From the NCBI GenBank assembly GCA_041305385.1, contig JBFYLO010000053.1, positions 265 to 64,264 on the forward strand: a DNA stretch of 64,000 nt, given 5' to 3'. This document shows, piece after piece, positions 16,533 to 24,965 of this stretch (position 1 is the first letter of the stretch; each line of letters starts with the position of its first letter). Below the pieces are notes generated by a model. The model saw only the letters and a program-made list of their open reading frames with translations, made no database searches and was not told the DNA's origin. The stretch comes from Candidatus Micrarchaeota archaeon (GTDB taxonomy: Archaea; Micrarchaeota; Micrarchaeia; Burarchaeales; JAKAKT01). The position numbers and the translations under genes are program-made.

Positions 16533-16593
16533 GCCTGTGACGATATGAACAACCGCTGAGCTATGCTTTGATGAGGCTGACAGAATCTGAGGC
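16533..16593 (+). ncRNA. Box C/D 2'-O-methylation guide sRNA
   Basis: C box GTGACGA (16537-16543), 12-nt guide, D' CTGA (16556-16559), C' TGATGA (16569-16574), 12-nt guide, D CTGA (16587-16590) and a GCC/GGC terminal stem; intergenic. Confidence 0.8.
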
Positions 16594-16601
16594 AATTATA
16601 A

Positions 16602-17312
16602 TTAACAGGTCGTTCGCAAGTTTTTCTTGTTTACATCGGCCGTCTGTCTACCCCGCCGTGTTAACAAGAATATTCTCCTTCCCTCGTTGAGCTCCTGGCC
16701 AGTTGGCCTGGCTTTCATGTCGTTCGAAGTTTTTATCCCACAATTAAAAGTCAACTCGGGGCCCTTTTTTAGCCTTCGGCTTTCTGGTCCGGACTTACTG
16801 GTCTTAGTGTCAGAACTATCAGGATGCTCAACTGAAGCAGGCATGTGGTCCCACGGGTTGTGTGATACGTCAATTGGGCCCGAAGCAGGTGAAAAAGTCT
16901 GCCTTCGCGCTTCTCCGTACTGGGGGCTAGAGGACCCTGGGACACCGTTCGATTTGCCGCCGAACGTGTTTTCGCCATCATTCTTGTGCACGACATCATA
17001 TCCTATCATGATTGCTTGCGTTGGGAATGATACCCCCACCCATAAGCCATCCCAAAAATTCTTTTGGTCCTCCTGCCCCCGTTCGGAATGTTTGGTCACC
17101 TCGTTATAAATCCCCGCAGGGATACCTATACAAATTGTCGAAACAAATGTCGTTAAGGCGTAGAGTGTTGCAGCCCCAGCCAAAACTGCAGCCAACATCT
17201 TCGTAGTCGGCATTAACATGTTTAAAAAAAGACCATAAAACTTGTTAAAAGTCCACTTTATTGCTCTAACAATGAAACCTGGTTTTTGATCTTCTGACAT
17301 GTCCCATATCAC
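16602..17312 (-). CDS. Hypothetical protein with an N-terminal hydrophobic segment and a low-complexity tail
   Basis: 236-aa ORF; no family recognised. Confidence 0.55.
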   Translation of the reverse strand: MIWDMSEDQKPGFIVRAIKWTFNKFYGLFLNMLMPTTKMLAAVLAGAATLYALTTFVSTICIGIPAGIYNEVTKHSERGQEDQKNFWDGLWVGVSFPTQAIMIGYDVVHKNDGENTFGGKSNGVPGSSSPQYGEARRQTFSPASGPIDVSHNPWDHMPASVEHPDSSDTKTSKSGPESRRLKKGPELTFNCGIKTSNDMKARPTGQELNEGRRIFLLTRRGRQTADVNKKNLRTTC

Positions 17313-17471
17313 CCTATCATTTTCTTTAGACTCTAATTTTATATCCTATGGCTCAATTAGCTCTAGCCTAACCACGCTAACCCCACCATACTTATGCCCT
17401 AACCCCTATAAAAAGGTTTCGCTTTTTGTGGAAGTCGAGTTAATATAAAGATTAAGTGACTAACTCCATTC

Positions 17472-17816
17472 ATGAAGCAGGTAATAGTCACGAGAAGCGA
17501 CCTTAAGCTGGGCAAGGGCAAGCTCGCAGCCCATGTGGCCCACGCCTCGCTCGAGGGTTACAAGAGGGCGAAGGAGAAGGACCCCGGTGCAGTGGAGGAG
17601 TGGGAGCGCGAGGGGCAGAGGAAGATAGTGGTCAAGGTGAACACCGAGAAGGAGATGCTCGAGCTTTTCGAGAGGGCGAAGAGAACGGTCCCATGTGCAT
17701 TGATTAGGGACGCCGGGCTTACGCAGATTGAGCCTGGAACGCTCACATGCATAGCAATCGGGCCTTGGAAGGATGAGGAAGTGGACAAGTTCACGAATGA
17801 GCTGAAGCTCCTATGA
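17472..17816 (+). CDS. pth2: Peptidyl-tRNA hydrolase Pth2
   Basis: 'KQVIV.R.DLKLGKGKLAAHVAHASL', 'GQRKIVVK' and 'DAG.TQIEPGT.T..AIGP'. Confidence 0.97.
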   Translation: MKQVIVTRSDLKLGKGKLAAHVAHASLEGYKRAKEKDPGAVEEWEREGQRKIVVKVNTEKEMLELFERAKRTVPCALIRDAGLTQIEPGTLTCIAIGPWKDEEVDKFTNELKLL

Positions 17817-17855
17817 GCCACATGAATATTTAAAATAACCTGCCAAATACCTTCG

Positions 17856-20450
17856 ATGGAAGCCCCAGAATTCTGGAAAAAGAGAATCGACGACCTTTAT
17901 TCCGAACTTTCGACATCCTCATTCGGCCTGAGCACGAAGGATGCGAAAGAGAGGCTCGCGAAGCAGGGGCGCAACGAGATTCCGGACAAGGACAAGAAGG
18001 AGTGGCTCGACATACTAATCTCCCAAATCAAGAGCCCTTTCCTCCTCATACTCATATTCGCCTCAATAGTTTCCGGCTACCTCGGCCTCTCCTCAATCAT
18101 GGCCGGGGGCCCATTGGAAGAGATATCGGATACGGCCATAATACTCCTGATTGTAGTCGCCAGCGTTGCTCTCGGCTTCTTCCAGGAATACAAGTCCGAG
18201 AAGGTTTTGACAGAGCTCAAGAAATATTTCACCTATCACGCAGTTGTCCTCAGGGACGGCGAGAAGGGGCAGGTGGACTCGAGGGAGCTGGTGCCCGGGG
18301 ACGTCGTTTTCGTGGGGCTCGGCGACATCGTTCCAGCTGACCTCCGGCTCATCGAGACGAGCGGGATTCTCGCGAACGAGTCTTTGCTGACCGGCGAATC
18401 GAGAGAAGTGAGAAAGGACGCGGACGCAAGCCCTGGCTCCGGGGCGAACCCCCAGGACATCGGCAACGGGCTCTTCATGGGCAGCACCGTGGTCGAGGGA
18501 TACGCGAAATGCCTGGTGATTGCGACAGGGCAGAACACTTTCTTCGGGAAAACTGCGAGCGTCTTCAGCTTGAAGGTCCCGGAGACAGACTTCCAGACAG
18601 GCATACGGAAGTTCGGGGACATGGTAATCCGCGTCATAGTGGTCATGACGCTATTGGTGTTCTTCTTCAACATACTGGGCGGGAGGAACTCGATTGCGGA
18701 CTCGGCGCTCTTCGCCCTCGCGCTTGCCGTCGGAGTTGCCCCCGAGGCCCTTCCCGCAGTCATAACCGTCACGCTCTCAACCGGGAGCATGCACCTTGCG
18801 AAGAAGAAGGTCATCACGAAGAAGCTCGCCGCCATAGAGGACCTCGGGAACATGGACGTCCTTTGCACGGACAAGACGGGCACACTGACCGAGGAAAGCC
18901 TTAGGATGGACAAATACGTGGACCTGGACAAGAGGGACAGCCACGACGTGTTCCAGTATGCTCTTCTCTGCAACTCCGCAGTCGGGACCGGCAACCACAT
19001 AAAGGGAAACGCAATCGATGTCGCCATAGCGAAAAGGGGGCATTCCCTCAAGACTGACCTCTCGCACTTCAAGAAAATCCAGGAGATACAGTTCGACTTC
19101 AACAGGCGCCGCATGAGCCAGGTCGTGCAGGAGGGCAGGAAGAGATATCTAGTTGTGAAGGGCGCCCCCGAGTCGGTAATTTCCATTTGCACAAAGGTGA
19201 GGACAAGCTCGAAGCTTTACAGCATTTCTGAAAAGGAGTCAGAGATCAAGGAGATGATTGCCTGCTACAACCGGGAAGGCCACAGCACCATTGCAATCGC
19301 CTACAAGGACATTGACAGCAAGGCCGCCTACTCCAAAGATGACGAGAAAGACATGGTTTTCATCGGCTTCGTGCTCTTCAGCAACCCCCCCAAGCCGACA
19401 GTCCGCATGACTCTCGAAAGGCTCAAGAAGCTGAACATACGGCTGAAGGTCCTCACCGGCGACGACCCGCTCGTGACAAAGAAATTGTGCTCGGAGGTCG
19501 GGTTCGAGCCGGCTGAAGGGAGAATCGTGCTTGGGAGCGAGCTGCGGGCCATGAATCCTGAGGAATTCTCGGAAGCAGCCCAAAAATTCGATGTCTTTGC
19601 GAGAGTGGCGCCGGACCAGAAGCTCGCAATTGTCGAGGCCCTCCGGGCGAAGGGGCATGTGGTGGGATTCATGGGCGACGGGATAAACGACGCGCCCGCC
19701 CTGAGGACCGCCGATGTCGGCATTTCCGTCAACACCGCAGCTGACGTCGCCAAGGGGGCTTCCCACATAATCCTTCTCAAGAAGAGCTTGGGGGTAGTCT
19801 GCGACGGAGTAGAAGAGGGCAGGAGGATTTTCGGCAACATAACGAAGTACATCCACATGGTGATAAGCGCGAACAACGGGAACATGGCGACCGTGGTCAT
19901 CTCGTCCATATTCCTTCCTTTCATTCCGATGCTCCCCACCCAGATTCTTCTCAACAACCTCGTAGCGGACCTGCCGATGCTCTCCATTGCCGGCGACAAC
20001 GTGGACAAGGAATACTCGGAAAGGCCGCGCAAGTGGAACATCGGTTTCATCGTCAAGTTCATGCTCTTCTTCGGGTTCATAAGCACTTTCTTCGACCTTC
20101 TCCTAATCGGCATAATGTATTTCGTGCTGCACAGCGGGGCGGGCGCTTTCAGGACGGCTTGGTTCGTGGAGTCGCTTCTCTCGGAGATAATGCTCATATT
20201 CTCGCTGAGGACAAGCCTGCCCTTCTTCAGGAGCATGCCTTCGCACCTGCTTGCGCTAAGCTCGGTTGCCGCGGGAATTATCGCCTTGGCGGTGGTTTAC
20301 GTAGGCCCAATTGCCAACCTCTTCCAGTTCGAGCCCCTGGGGACGGACCTCATCCTAACTATTGCAGGAATCCTCGTGCTCTACTTCATTGCAGCCGAAC
20401 TGGGGAAGGTAGTTTTCTACAAAAAGATAGCGACTGCAAAAGACGAGTGA
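17856..20450 (+). CDS. mgtA: P-type ATPase, Mg2+-transporting MgtA-like
   Basis: TGES, 'PEALP', DKTGT phosphorylation site, FDF.RRRMS, KGAPE, TGD and 'GDGINDAPAL'; 'TQIL.NN...D' in the membrane domain. Confidence 0.88.
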   Translation: MEAPEFWKKRIDDLYSELSTSSFGLSTKDAKERLAKQGRNEIPDKDKKEWLDILISQIKSPFLLILIFASIVSGYLGLSSIMAGGPLEEISDTAIILLIVVASVALGFFQEYKSEKVLTELKKYFTYHAVVLRDGEKGQVDSRELVPGDVVFVGLGDIVPADLRLIETSGILANESLLTGESREVRKDADASPGSGANPQDIGNGLFMGSTVVEGYAKCLVIATGQNTFFGKTASVFSLKVPETDFQTGIRKFGDMVIRVIVVMTLLVFFFNILGGRNSIADSALFALALAVGVAPEALPAVITVTLSTGSMHLAKKKVITKKLAAIEDLGNMDVLCTDKTGTLTEESLRMDKYVDLDKRDSHDVFQYALLCNSAVGTGNHIKGNAIDVAIAKRGHSLKTDLSHFKKIQEIQFDFNRRRMSQVVQEGRKRYLVVKGAPESVISICTKVRTSSKLYSISEKESEIKEMIACYNREGHSTIAIAYKDIDSKAAYSKDDEKDMVFIGFVLFSNPPKPTVRMTLERLKKLNIRLKVLTGDDPLVTKKLCSEVGFEPAEGRIVLGSELRAMNPEEFSEAAQKFDVFARVAPDQKLAIVEALRAKGHVVGFMGDGINDAPALRTADVGISVNTAADVAKGASHIILLKKSLGVVCDGVEEGRRIFGNITKYIHMVISANNGNMATVVISSIFLPFIPMLPTQILLNNLVADLPMLSIAGDNVDKEYSERPRKWNIGFIVKFMLFFGFISTFFDLLLIGIMYFVLHSGAGAFRTAWFVESLLSEIMLIFSLRTSLPFFRSMPSHLLALSSVAAGIIALAVVYVGPIANLFQFEPLGTDLILTIAGILVLYFIAAELGKVVFYKKIATAKDE

Positions 20451-20457
20451 AAAAGTG

Positions 20458-20702
20458 TGCCAAGGGCGGGATTTTCAAGAACCCCGAGTTTCGAAACTCG
20501 AGTCGTTTTTCTTCTGGGGCGCGCCCGTTTTTCTTTGGGACGCCACGAGACCTTTCTTTTTTAAAAAGAAAGGGATTGTGTTTGAACCCGCGACTTCCAG
20601 ATTACACCTGAATGGGTGATGTTAATCATCGCCTTTTGGCTCATCACTCAAAAAGCTAAGCTTATGAGTCTGGCACTCTAAACCAAGCTGAGTTACCTTG
20701 GC
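20458..20702 (-). tRNA. Elongator tRNA-Met(CAU) with a 37/38 intron (20603-20662, 60 nt) and a T-loop 59/60 intron (20472-20580, 109 nt)
   Basis: Acceptor GCCAAGG/CCTTGGC+A; anticodon stem CCAGA/TCTGG with CU-CAU-A; T-loop BHB with central helix UUCA/UGAA and bulges AAC/AAU. Confidence 0.92.
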
Positions 20703-20764
20703 ACGGGGTTATTTAGGGTCGAAAGGTTAAAAATAGTGTCCTTTGCTAATTCTAGTTGGGGGGA

Positions 20765-21469
20765 ATGGCTATGGAAGTTGAGAAAGTTTCTACTGGAATA
20801 GACGGTCTCGACGTCATGCTCAAGGGCGGTTTCGAGAAGAACAGCATAGTGCTCATCTCGGGAGACCCGGGTGCTGGAAAGACTACGTTCGGCCTGCAAT
20901 ACCTTTACCACGGGGCGACCAAGCACAAGCAGCCGGGCGTCCTCATCTCTTTCGAAGAGCCCATGGACATGATTTACAAGCATGCGGCCCAGTACGGATG
21001 GGACTTGAAGAAGCTCGAGCACGAAAAGAGCTTCAGGATTGTGGATGCGAGGAGCCTTAAGGCCGAGACCTTGTTCCACATCGATGTCGGGATGACGTTC
21101 GACACCATAAAGAGCATCGGCGCAAAAAGAGTCGTCATAGACTCGCTCACCGCCTATTCGCTCCTTTTCGAGAACGCCTACAAGCAGAGGATTGCGCTCA
21201 GGGAGCTCTTCGAATCCCTCAGAAAGCTCGGCTGCACCACCATCATGATTAATGAGTACAGCAAGCACTACAGCGCCCACCCGCTCATCGATTTCCTTGC
21301 TGATGAGCTGATTATGCTCTACAACCGCAGGATAAAGAACAACAGGGTAAGGGGCATCGAAGTCATAAAGGCGAGGGGCATAGACCACGTGGACAAGCCG
21401 GCCCCCATCATCTTCGGAAAGAACGGCGTGGAAGTATATCCAGAGAACCCGCTCTTTGACCAGTTCTAA
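20765..21469 (+). CDS. KaiC/RAD55-like (RecA superfamily) ATPase
   Basis: 'STGIDGLD.ML.GG', Walker A SGDPGAGKT, 'RVVIDSLT' and 'R...EVIKARG'. Confidence 0.92.
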   Translation: MAMEVEKVSTGIDGLDVMLKGGFEKNSIVLISGDPGAGKTTFGLQYLYHGATKHKQPGVLISFEEPMDMIYKHAAQYGWDLKKLEHEKSFRIVDARSLKAETLFHIDVGMTFDTIKSIGAKRVVIDSLTAYSLLFENAYKQRIALRELFESLRKLGCTTIMINEYSKHYSAHPLIDFLADELIMLYNRRIKNNRVRGIEVIKARGIDHVDKPAPIIFGKNGVEVYPENPLFDQF

Positions 21470-21481
21470 ACTGGTTTTCGC

Positions 21482-21727
21482 ATGAAACCAACAGACAAAT
21501 TTATAGCCGGAGCTGCAGGGCTCGTTATTTGCGTGGCAGTATTCTTTTTCGATGTGGCCACAGGTGGTTCGCCCGCAGGGTTTGCGATAGCACTCTGTTC
21601 TGCCATATTCTCCTTCGTCATGGGAATCCTGTTGTTTCTTGACAAACAGAAAAAAGGACTTGTTTTAAGCGCCATAAGCGGGGCAATCGCGATTTTTATG
21701 GTTTTACTTTTCTCGGGTATGGTATAA
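21482..21727 (+). CDS. Small membrane protein (about 3 TM segments)
   Basis: Strongly hydrophobic 81-aa ORF. Confidence 0.6.
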   Translation: MKPTDKFIAGAAGLVICVAVFFFDVATGGSPAGFAIALCSAIFSFVMGILLFLDKQKKGLVLSAISGAIAIFMVLLFSGMV

Positions 21728-21752
21728 TCGTTCGAGCTAAAAACAAGAAATA

Positions 21753-22000
21753 TCGAGTGGAGGGCCATAGCCTGCCTTTTGTTTTCAGCAGCATTCGACT
21801 AAGCGGCCCAAAGCCTTGCATCGCACATCCCGCTTCCGGGCGGGTCGTTTCACCTGCGCCTTCCCCGTCTCATTGCTTCATCCTCATCCGGGAAAGGGAG
21901 TTCGTTTCTGTTCCCGCCTCGGGCCTTAAACCCAAGGAAGCTTTCGCGATGGGCAGAGCTTCCTCCCGCTTTCACGGGTGACTGCCGGCCCCCCACTCGA
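21753..22000 (-). ncRNA. rnpB: RNase P RNA, compact form (about 248 nt)
   Basis: P1 helix TCGAGTGGGGGGCC/GGCCCTCCACTCGA; P4 strands GAGGAAGCTCTGCC and AACAAAAGGCAGGCTAT; conserved AACAGAAAC, TGCAAG and CCGCTTAGTCGAATGC; upstream TATA-like sequence. Confidence 0.92.
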
Positions 22001-22049
22001 AAGGATTGCTCAGCCTGGGTTTAAGAATTTATGGGGCGATTTATAACCG

Positions 22050-22370
22050 ATGAAAAAAGGGGCCCTTTTACTCCTGGCAATGCTTCTCGCCGGCTGCTCC
22101 GGAATCTGGCAGCCTGGGGCCGGGCATGGAGGGATAAACCTTAACGCGATTTGCGACAAGCCGTACCCCGGGGACCAGGAAGGAGGACGGGTGGTCGGGG
22201 TTTTCAAGTGCGAGGACTACTACCGGCTTGTGTTCGACTCCCCGGGCCATTTCGAATATTACATAACTGCGAAGGAGGAATTCGTGGCCTCTTGCCCAGC
22301 CAAGGAGAAGAACTCCGAATGCGAAAGCATGCTCAAGAGCTGTAAGTTCATCAACCTATGCAGGAGCTGA
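22050..22370 (+). CDS. Predicted lipoprotein, Cys-rich
   Basis: Signal peptide with lipobox LAGC and several paired Cys residues. Confidence 0.75.
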   Translation: MKKGALLLLAMLLAGCSGIWQPGAGHGGINLNAICDKPYPGDQEGGRVVGVFKCEDYYRLVFDSPGHFEYYITAKEEFVASCPAKEKNSECESMLKSCKFINLCRS

Positions 22371-22374
22371 TGCC

Positions 22375-22863
22375 ATGGACTCAGGGAATGCCCTCAGAAC
22401 AGTCGCCGAGCTGATGCTGCTCTCGGCGAAGACTGCCCCGAAAGCCCTCGGAAAAGACGCCCTCGTCGCGAAGATAGCGAGCGATAGCGAGAAGGAGCGG
22501 ATAGTCGTCGGGATGGAGAGCATAAAGAGGAAGAACTGGGACAGGGATGCCAAAACAGTGGAGAAAGCAGAACTGCTGGTCCTCATAGGGGTAAAACCTT
22601 CGGATGCTTCCGAGGCCCTCGAGGGAAGAATCGATGTTTCCGAAATCGAGCCGCAGCTCAAGGGGGAAGTCTGCCCCACTAGACTGATCGACCTTGGGAT
22701 TGCCGTTGGCTCTGCGGTGAAAACCGCCTCGCTCCACAACGTTGACAACCGGGTGATGTGGAGGGCAGGGGTCATCGCCGCATCGCTGGGAATTCTTCAG
22801 GGGGCGGTCGTTCTCGCGATTCCGCTCTCAGCTACTGAGAAATCGATATTCTTCGACAGGTGA
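22375..22863 (+). CDS. DUF2148-like (ferredoxin-domain-containing) protein
   Basis: 'A.LM..SAKTAPKA.G.D' and 'DLGIAVGSAVK.AS..NVDNRVM...G'. Confidence 0.82.
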   Translation: MDSGNALRTVAELMLLSAKTAPKALGKDALVAKIASDSEKERIVVGMESIKRKNWDRDAKTVEKAELLVLIGVKPSDASEALEGRIDVSEIEPQLKGEVCPTRLIDLGIAVGSAVKTASLHNVDNRVMWRAGVIAASLGILQGAVVLAIPLSATEKSIFFDR

Positions 22864-22867
22864 GGCA

Positions 22868-23641
22868 TTGGTTTTGAAAATCGGGTTAATCGGCTGCGGT
22901 GCAATCGGAGCAATAATCGGGATAGCGGTTAAAGGGGGGAAGGGCGGAGACGCTAAAATAGCCTCAGTCTTCGACCTGGACTCAGGCAAGGCAAGCGCCC
23001 TCTCCGGAAAAATCGGGGCGCCTGTTGCAAAGAACATTCAAGAGCTAACCCTAAAAAGCGACCTCGTGATTGAATGCGCTTCCCAGGCCGCGGTAAGGGA
23101 GCACGGCCCGAAAGTTGCGGGGAAAAAGGACCTGATGATTCTGAGCATAGGGGCGCTCCTGGACAGGAAACTGCTTGACGAGCTCCTCTCAAAAGCGAAA
23201 AAAGGAAAGAAGAGACTCTACGCCCCCTCCGGGGCGATTTGCGGGCTCGATGGGCTGAAAGGGGCGGGAGTTGGGAAAATCGATTCAGTCCAACTGACCA
23301 CCACCAAGCCGCCGAAAAGCCTTGGCCTCGAAATTTCCGAGAAAAAGGTCATTTTCTCAGGAACTCCGGAGGAAGCGGTCACGAAATTCCCGGCCAACAT
23401 AAATGTCGCCGCAGCCCTCAGGCTGACTGCAGGCAAGGTCCCTGTGAAAGTCGAAATCATCGCCGACCCAGAAGCAAAACTGAACAAGCACGAAATTCTC
23501 GTGAAGGGCGAGTTCGGCGAGCTTCTCACCAGGACCGAGAACCTCCCTTCGAAAGACAATCCCAAGACGAGCGCCCTCGCAGCCATGTCCGCAGTGGCAA
23601 CGATAAAGAGAATGACCGAGACTCTCGTGGTCGGGACCTGA
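22868..23641 (+). CDS. nadX: L-aspartate dehydrogenase
   Basis: 'IGCGAIG', 'VIECASQ.AV', 'S.GAL.D', 'PSGAI.GLD', 'FPANINVAAAL' and 'NPKTSALAA.S'. Confidence 0.95.
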   Translation: MVLKIGLIGCGAIGAIIGIAVKGGKGGDAKIASVFDLDSGKASALSGKIGAPVAKNIQELTLKSDLVIECASQAAVREHGPKVAGKKDLMILSIGALLDRKLLDELLSKAKKGKKRLYAPSGAICGLDGLKGAGVGKIDSVQLTTTKPPKSLGLEISEKKVIFSGTPEEAVTKFPANINVAAALRLTAGKVPVKVEIIADPEAKLNKHEILVKGEFGELLTRTENLPSKDNPKTSALAAMSAVATIKRMTETLVVGT

Positions 23642-23665
23642 AGTAATACTATAGAAAAAAAGACG

Positions 23666-23856
23666 TGGACCCGAGGGGAATTTCAAGTCCCAAACCGTTT
23701 TTCTTTTGGGACACGTCCATTTTTTCTTTGGACGCCACGAGACCTTTCTTTTTCTTAAAAAGAAAGGGATTGTGTTTTGAACCCCTGGCCTTCCGCATTT
23801 TGGAAACCTAAAAGTGTTTGCGCCAAGCGGACGCGCTACCGCTGCGCTACGGGCCC
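23666..23856 (-). tRNA. tRNA-Ala(GGC) with a 37/38 intron (23798-23820, 23 nt) and a T-loop 59/60 intron (23680-23775, 96 nt)
   Basis: Acceptor GGGCCCG/CGGGTCC+A with the G3:U70 Ala determinant; anticodon BHB with central helix UUGG/CCAA; T-loop BHB with central helix UUCA/UGAA. Confidence 0.93.
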
Positions 23857-23869
23857 ACGAGTTAATATT

Positions 23870-24097
23870 CTAGAAGCTGGGGGATATAAACACTACGTTG
23901 TCCCCGCGCACCAGCATGGTTCCTAGCTTCCTTTTGCTCTCGCCGTTCTCCAGCTGCTCGGCGTTCTCGAGCACAAGGTTCATGTGCACGTCGTAGGAAG
24001 CCATCTTGCCCCTAACCTCTACGCCGCCCTTCAGCCTTATCAGAACGCTGTTGTTCAGGGCGCCGTTCAATATGTCGAATGGTCTCTTCTCGCTCAT
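23870..24097 (-). CDS. Sm-like archaeal protein (LSm)
   Basis: 'RPFD.L', 'LKGG.EVRG....YD.HMNLVL' and '[12 protein letters not shown]'. Confidence 0.96.
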   Translation of the reverse strand: MSEKRPFDILNGALNNSVLIRLKGGVEVRGKMASYDVHMNLVLENAEQLENGESKRKLGTMLVRGDNVVFISPSF

Positions 24098-24248
24098 CTT
24101 TTCACCTCAAAAAACTAAAAGACGGCATTCCTTAGCCGGATAGAATTTATAAGGCTTTCGACGGGACTCCAGGGGAAGGGCAGTGCCATGCCCCCAAAAA
24201 TCCGGTTATTGCAAAAGTATTTAAATATTAACTTTTTATTAATAATCA

Positions 24249-24965
24249 ATGAAAATTACAACAAGCCTAAAAGGATACATTGACGAAGGAAAGCTCGTCG
24301 ACTTCGGGGTTCTGAATAGCCTGGGGCTCACCTCGGAGAATTCCCTTCGGGTGACCCTGGCGAGGCTTGTGAAAAAGGGAGAAATCTACAGCCCGCTGAA
24401 AGGGCTTTATGCATCCAAGGGGGCCGACCCGTTCTGGGCAGCCACGGCAATCTTCCCGGGGTACATCTCGCTCACTTCCGCGCTCTATCTCCGCCACCTC
24501 AGCGACGAATACCCGTTCACAATTTTCGTCGGCTCCGAGAAGAGAAAAAAACTGAAAATGGGAAACTGCGAGATTCATTATTTCGTGGCTAAAAGTTACG
24601 GGGGACTGGAACGTGGCCAATACCCGGTCGCTTCAGTTGAAAAGGCGATTTATGACTCCCTCTTGCATCCGGAACTGGTCGGCTACCCGAAAATCACAAA
24701 AGCCCTGCACTTCGCGCCGGTAACAGCAAGGAAATTCATCTCCCTGTGCAGGAATGAGCGAAATGCGTTCTTCCAGAGGCTCGGCTACCTTCTCTCAATC
24801 CTCCCGGGGCTGGACAAGGAAAAAGAGAATCTGTTGAAATACTGCAGAAAAAGAACGAAGGCGAACGTTTATCTGCAAGGGCGGAAAACCGGGAAATACG
24901 TCCCGGAGTGGAAAATAATCGACAATCTGGGAAAGGAGGTGCTCCTCTCATGGTGGGAACAATAG
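24249..24965 (+). CDS. Type IV toxin-antitoxin antitoxin, AbiEi-like
   Basis: N-terminal wHTH 'LARLVKKG.I....KGLY', 'GYISL.SAL', 'VAS.EKAIYD' and 'QRLGYLL'. Confidence 0.85.
   Translation: MKITTSLKGYIDEGKLVDFGVLNSLGLTSENSLRVTLARLVKKGEIYSPLKGLYASKGADPFWAATAIFPGYISLTSALYLRHLSDEYPFTIFVGSEKRKKLKMGNCEIHYFVAKSYGGLERGQYPVASVEKAIYDSLLHPELVGYPKITKALHFAPVTARKFISLCRNERNAFFQRLGYLLSILPGLDKEKENLLKYCRKRTKANVYLQGRKTGKYVPEWKIIDNLGKEVLLSWWEQ

Noticed and set aside
17380-17410. Short (C/G)CTAACC repeats upstream of pth2
   Set aside because: Only three short, irregularly spaced copies, compatible with chance.
20625-20650. C-box-like GTGATGA/CGATGAT in the tRNA-Met intron, suggesting an intron-encoded C/D guide
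   Set aside because: There is no CTGA D or D' box, and the motifs are explained by the GUGAUG/CAUCAC stem.
20693-21388. 231-aa minus-strand ORF
   Set aside because: It is antisense to the KaiC-like gene and overlaps tRNA-Met.
20765-21469. KaiC-like gene as evidence of a circadian clock
   Set aside because: It is a single-domain archaeal KaiC/RAD55 paralog with no kaiA or kaiB nearby; such genes are common.
21757-21981. 74-aa plus-strand ORF
   Set aside because: It coincides with the RNase P RNA gene on the opposite strand.
23856-24097. Functional Sm-tRNA-Ala co-transcription (13-bp gap)
   Set aside because: A TTTATAT element inside the Sm 3' end, about 30 bp upstream of the tRNA, can serve as the tRNA's own promoter, so the adjacency alone is not evidence.
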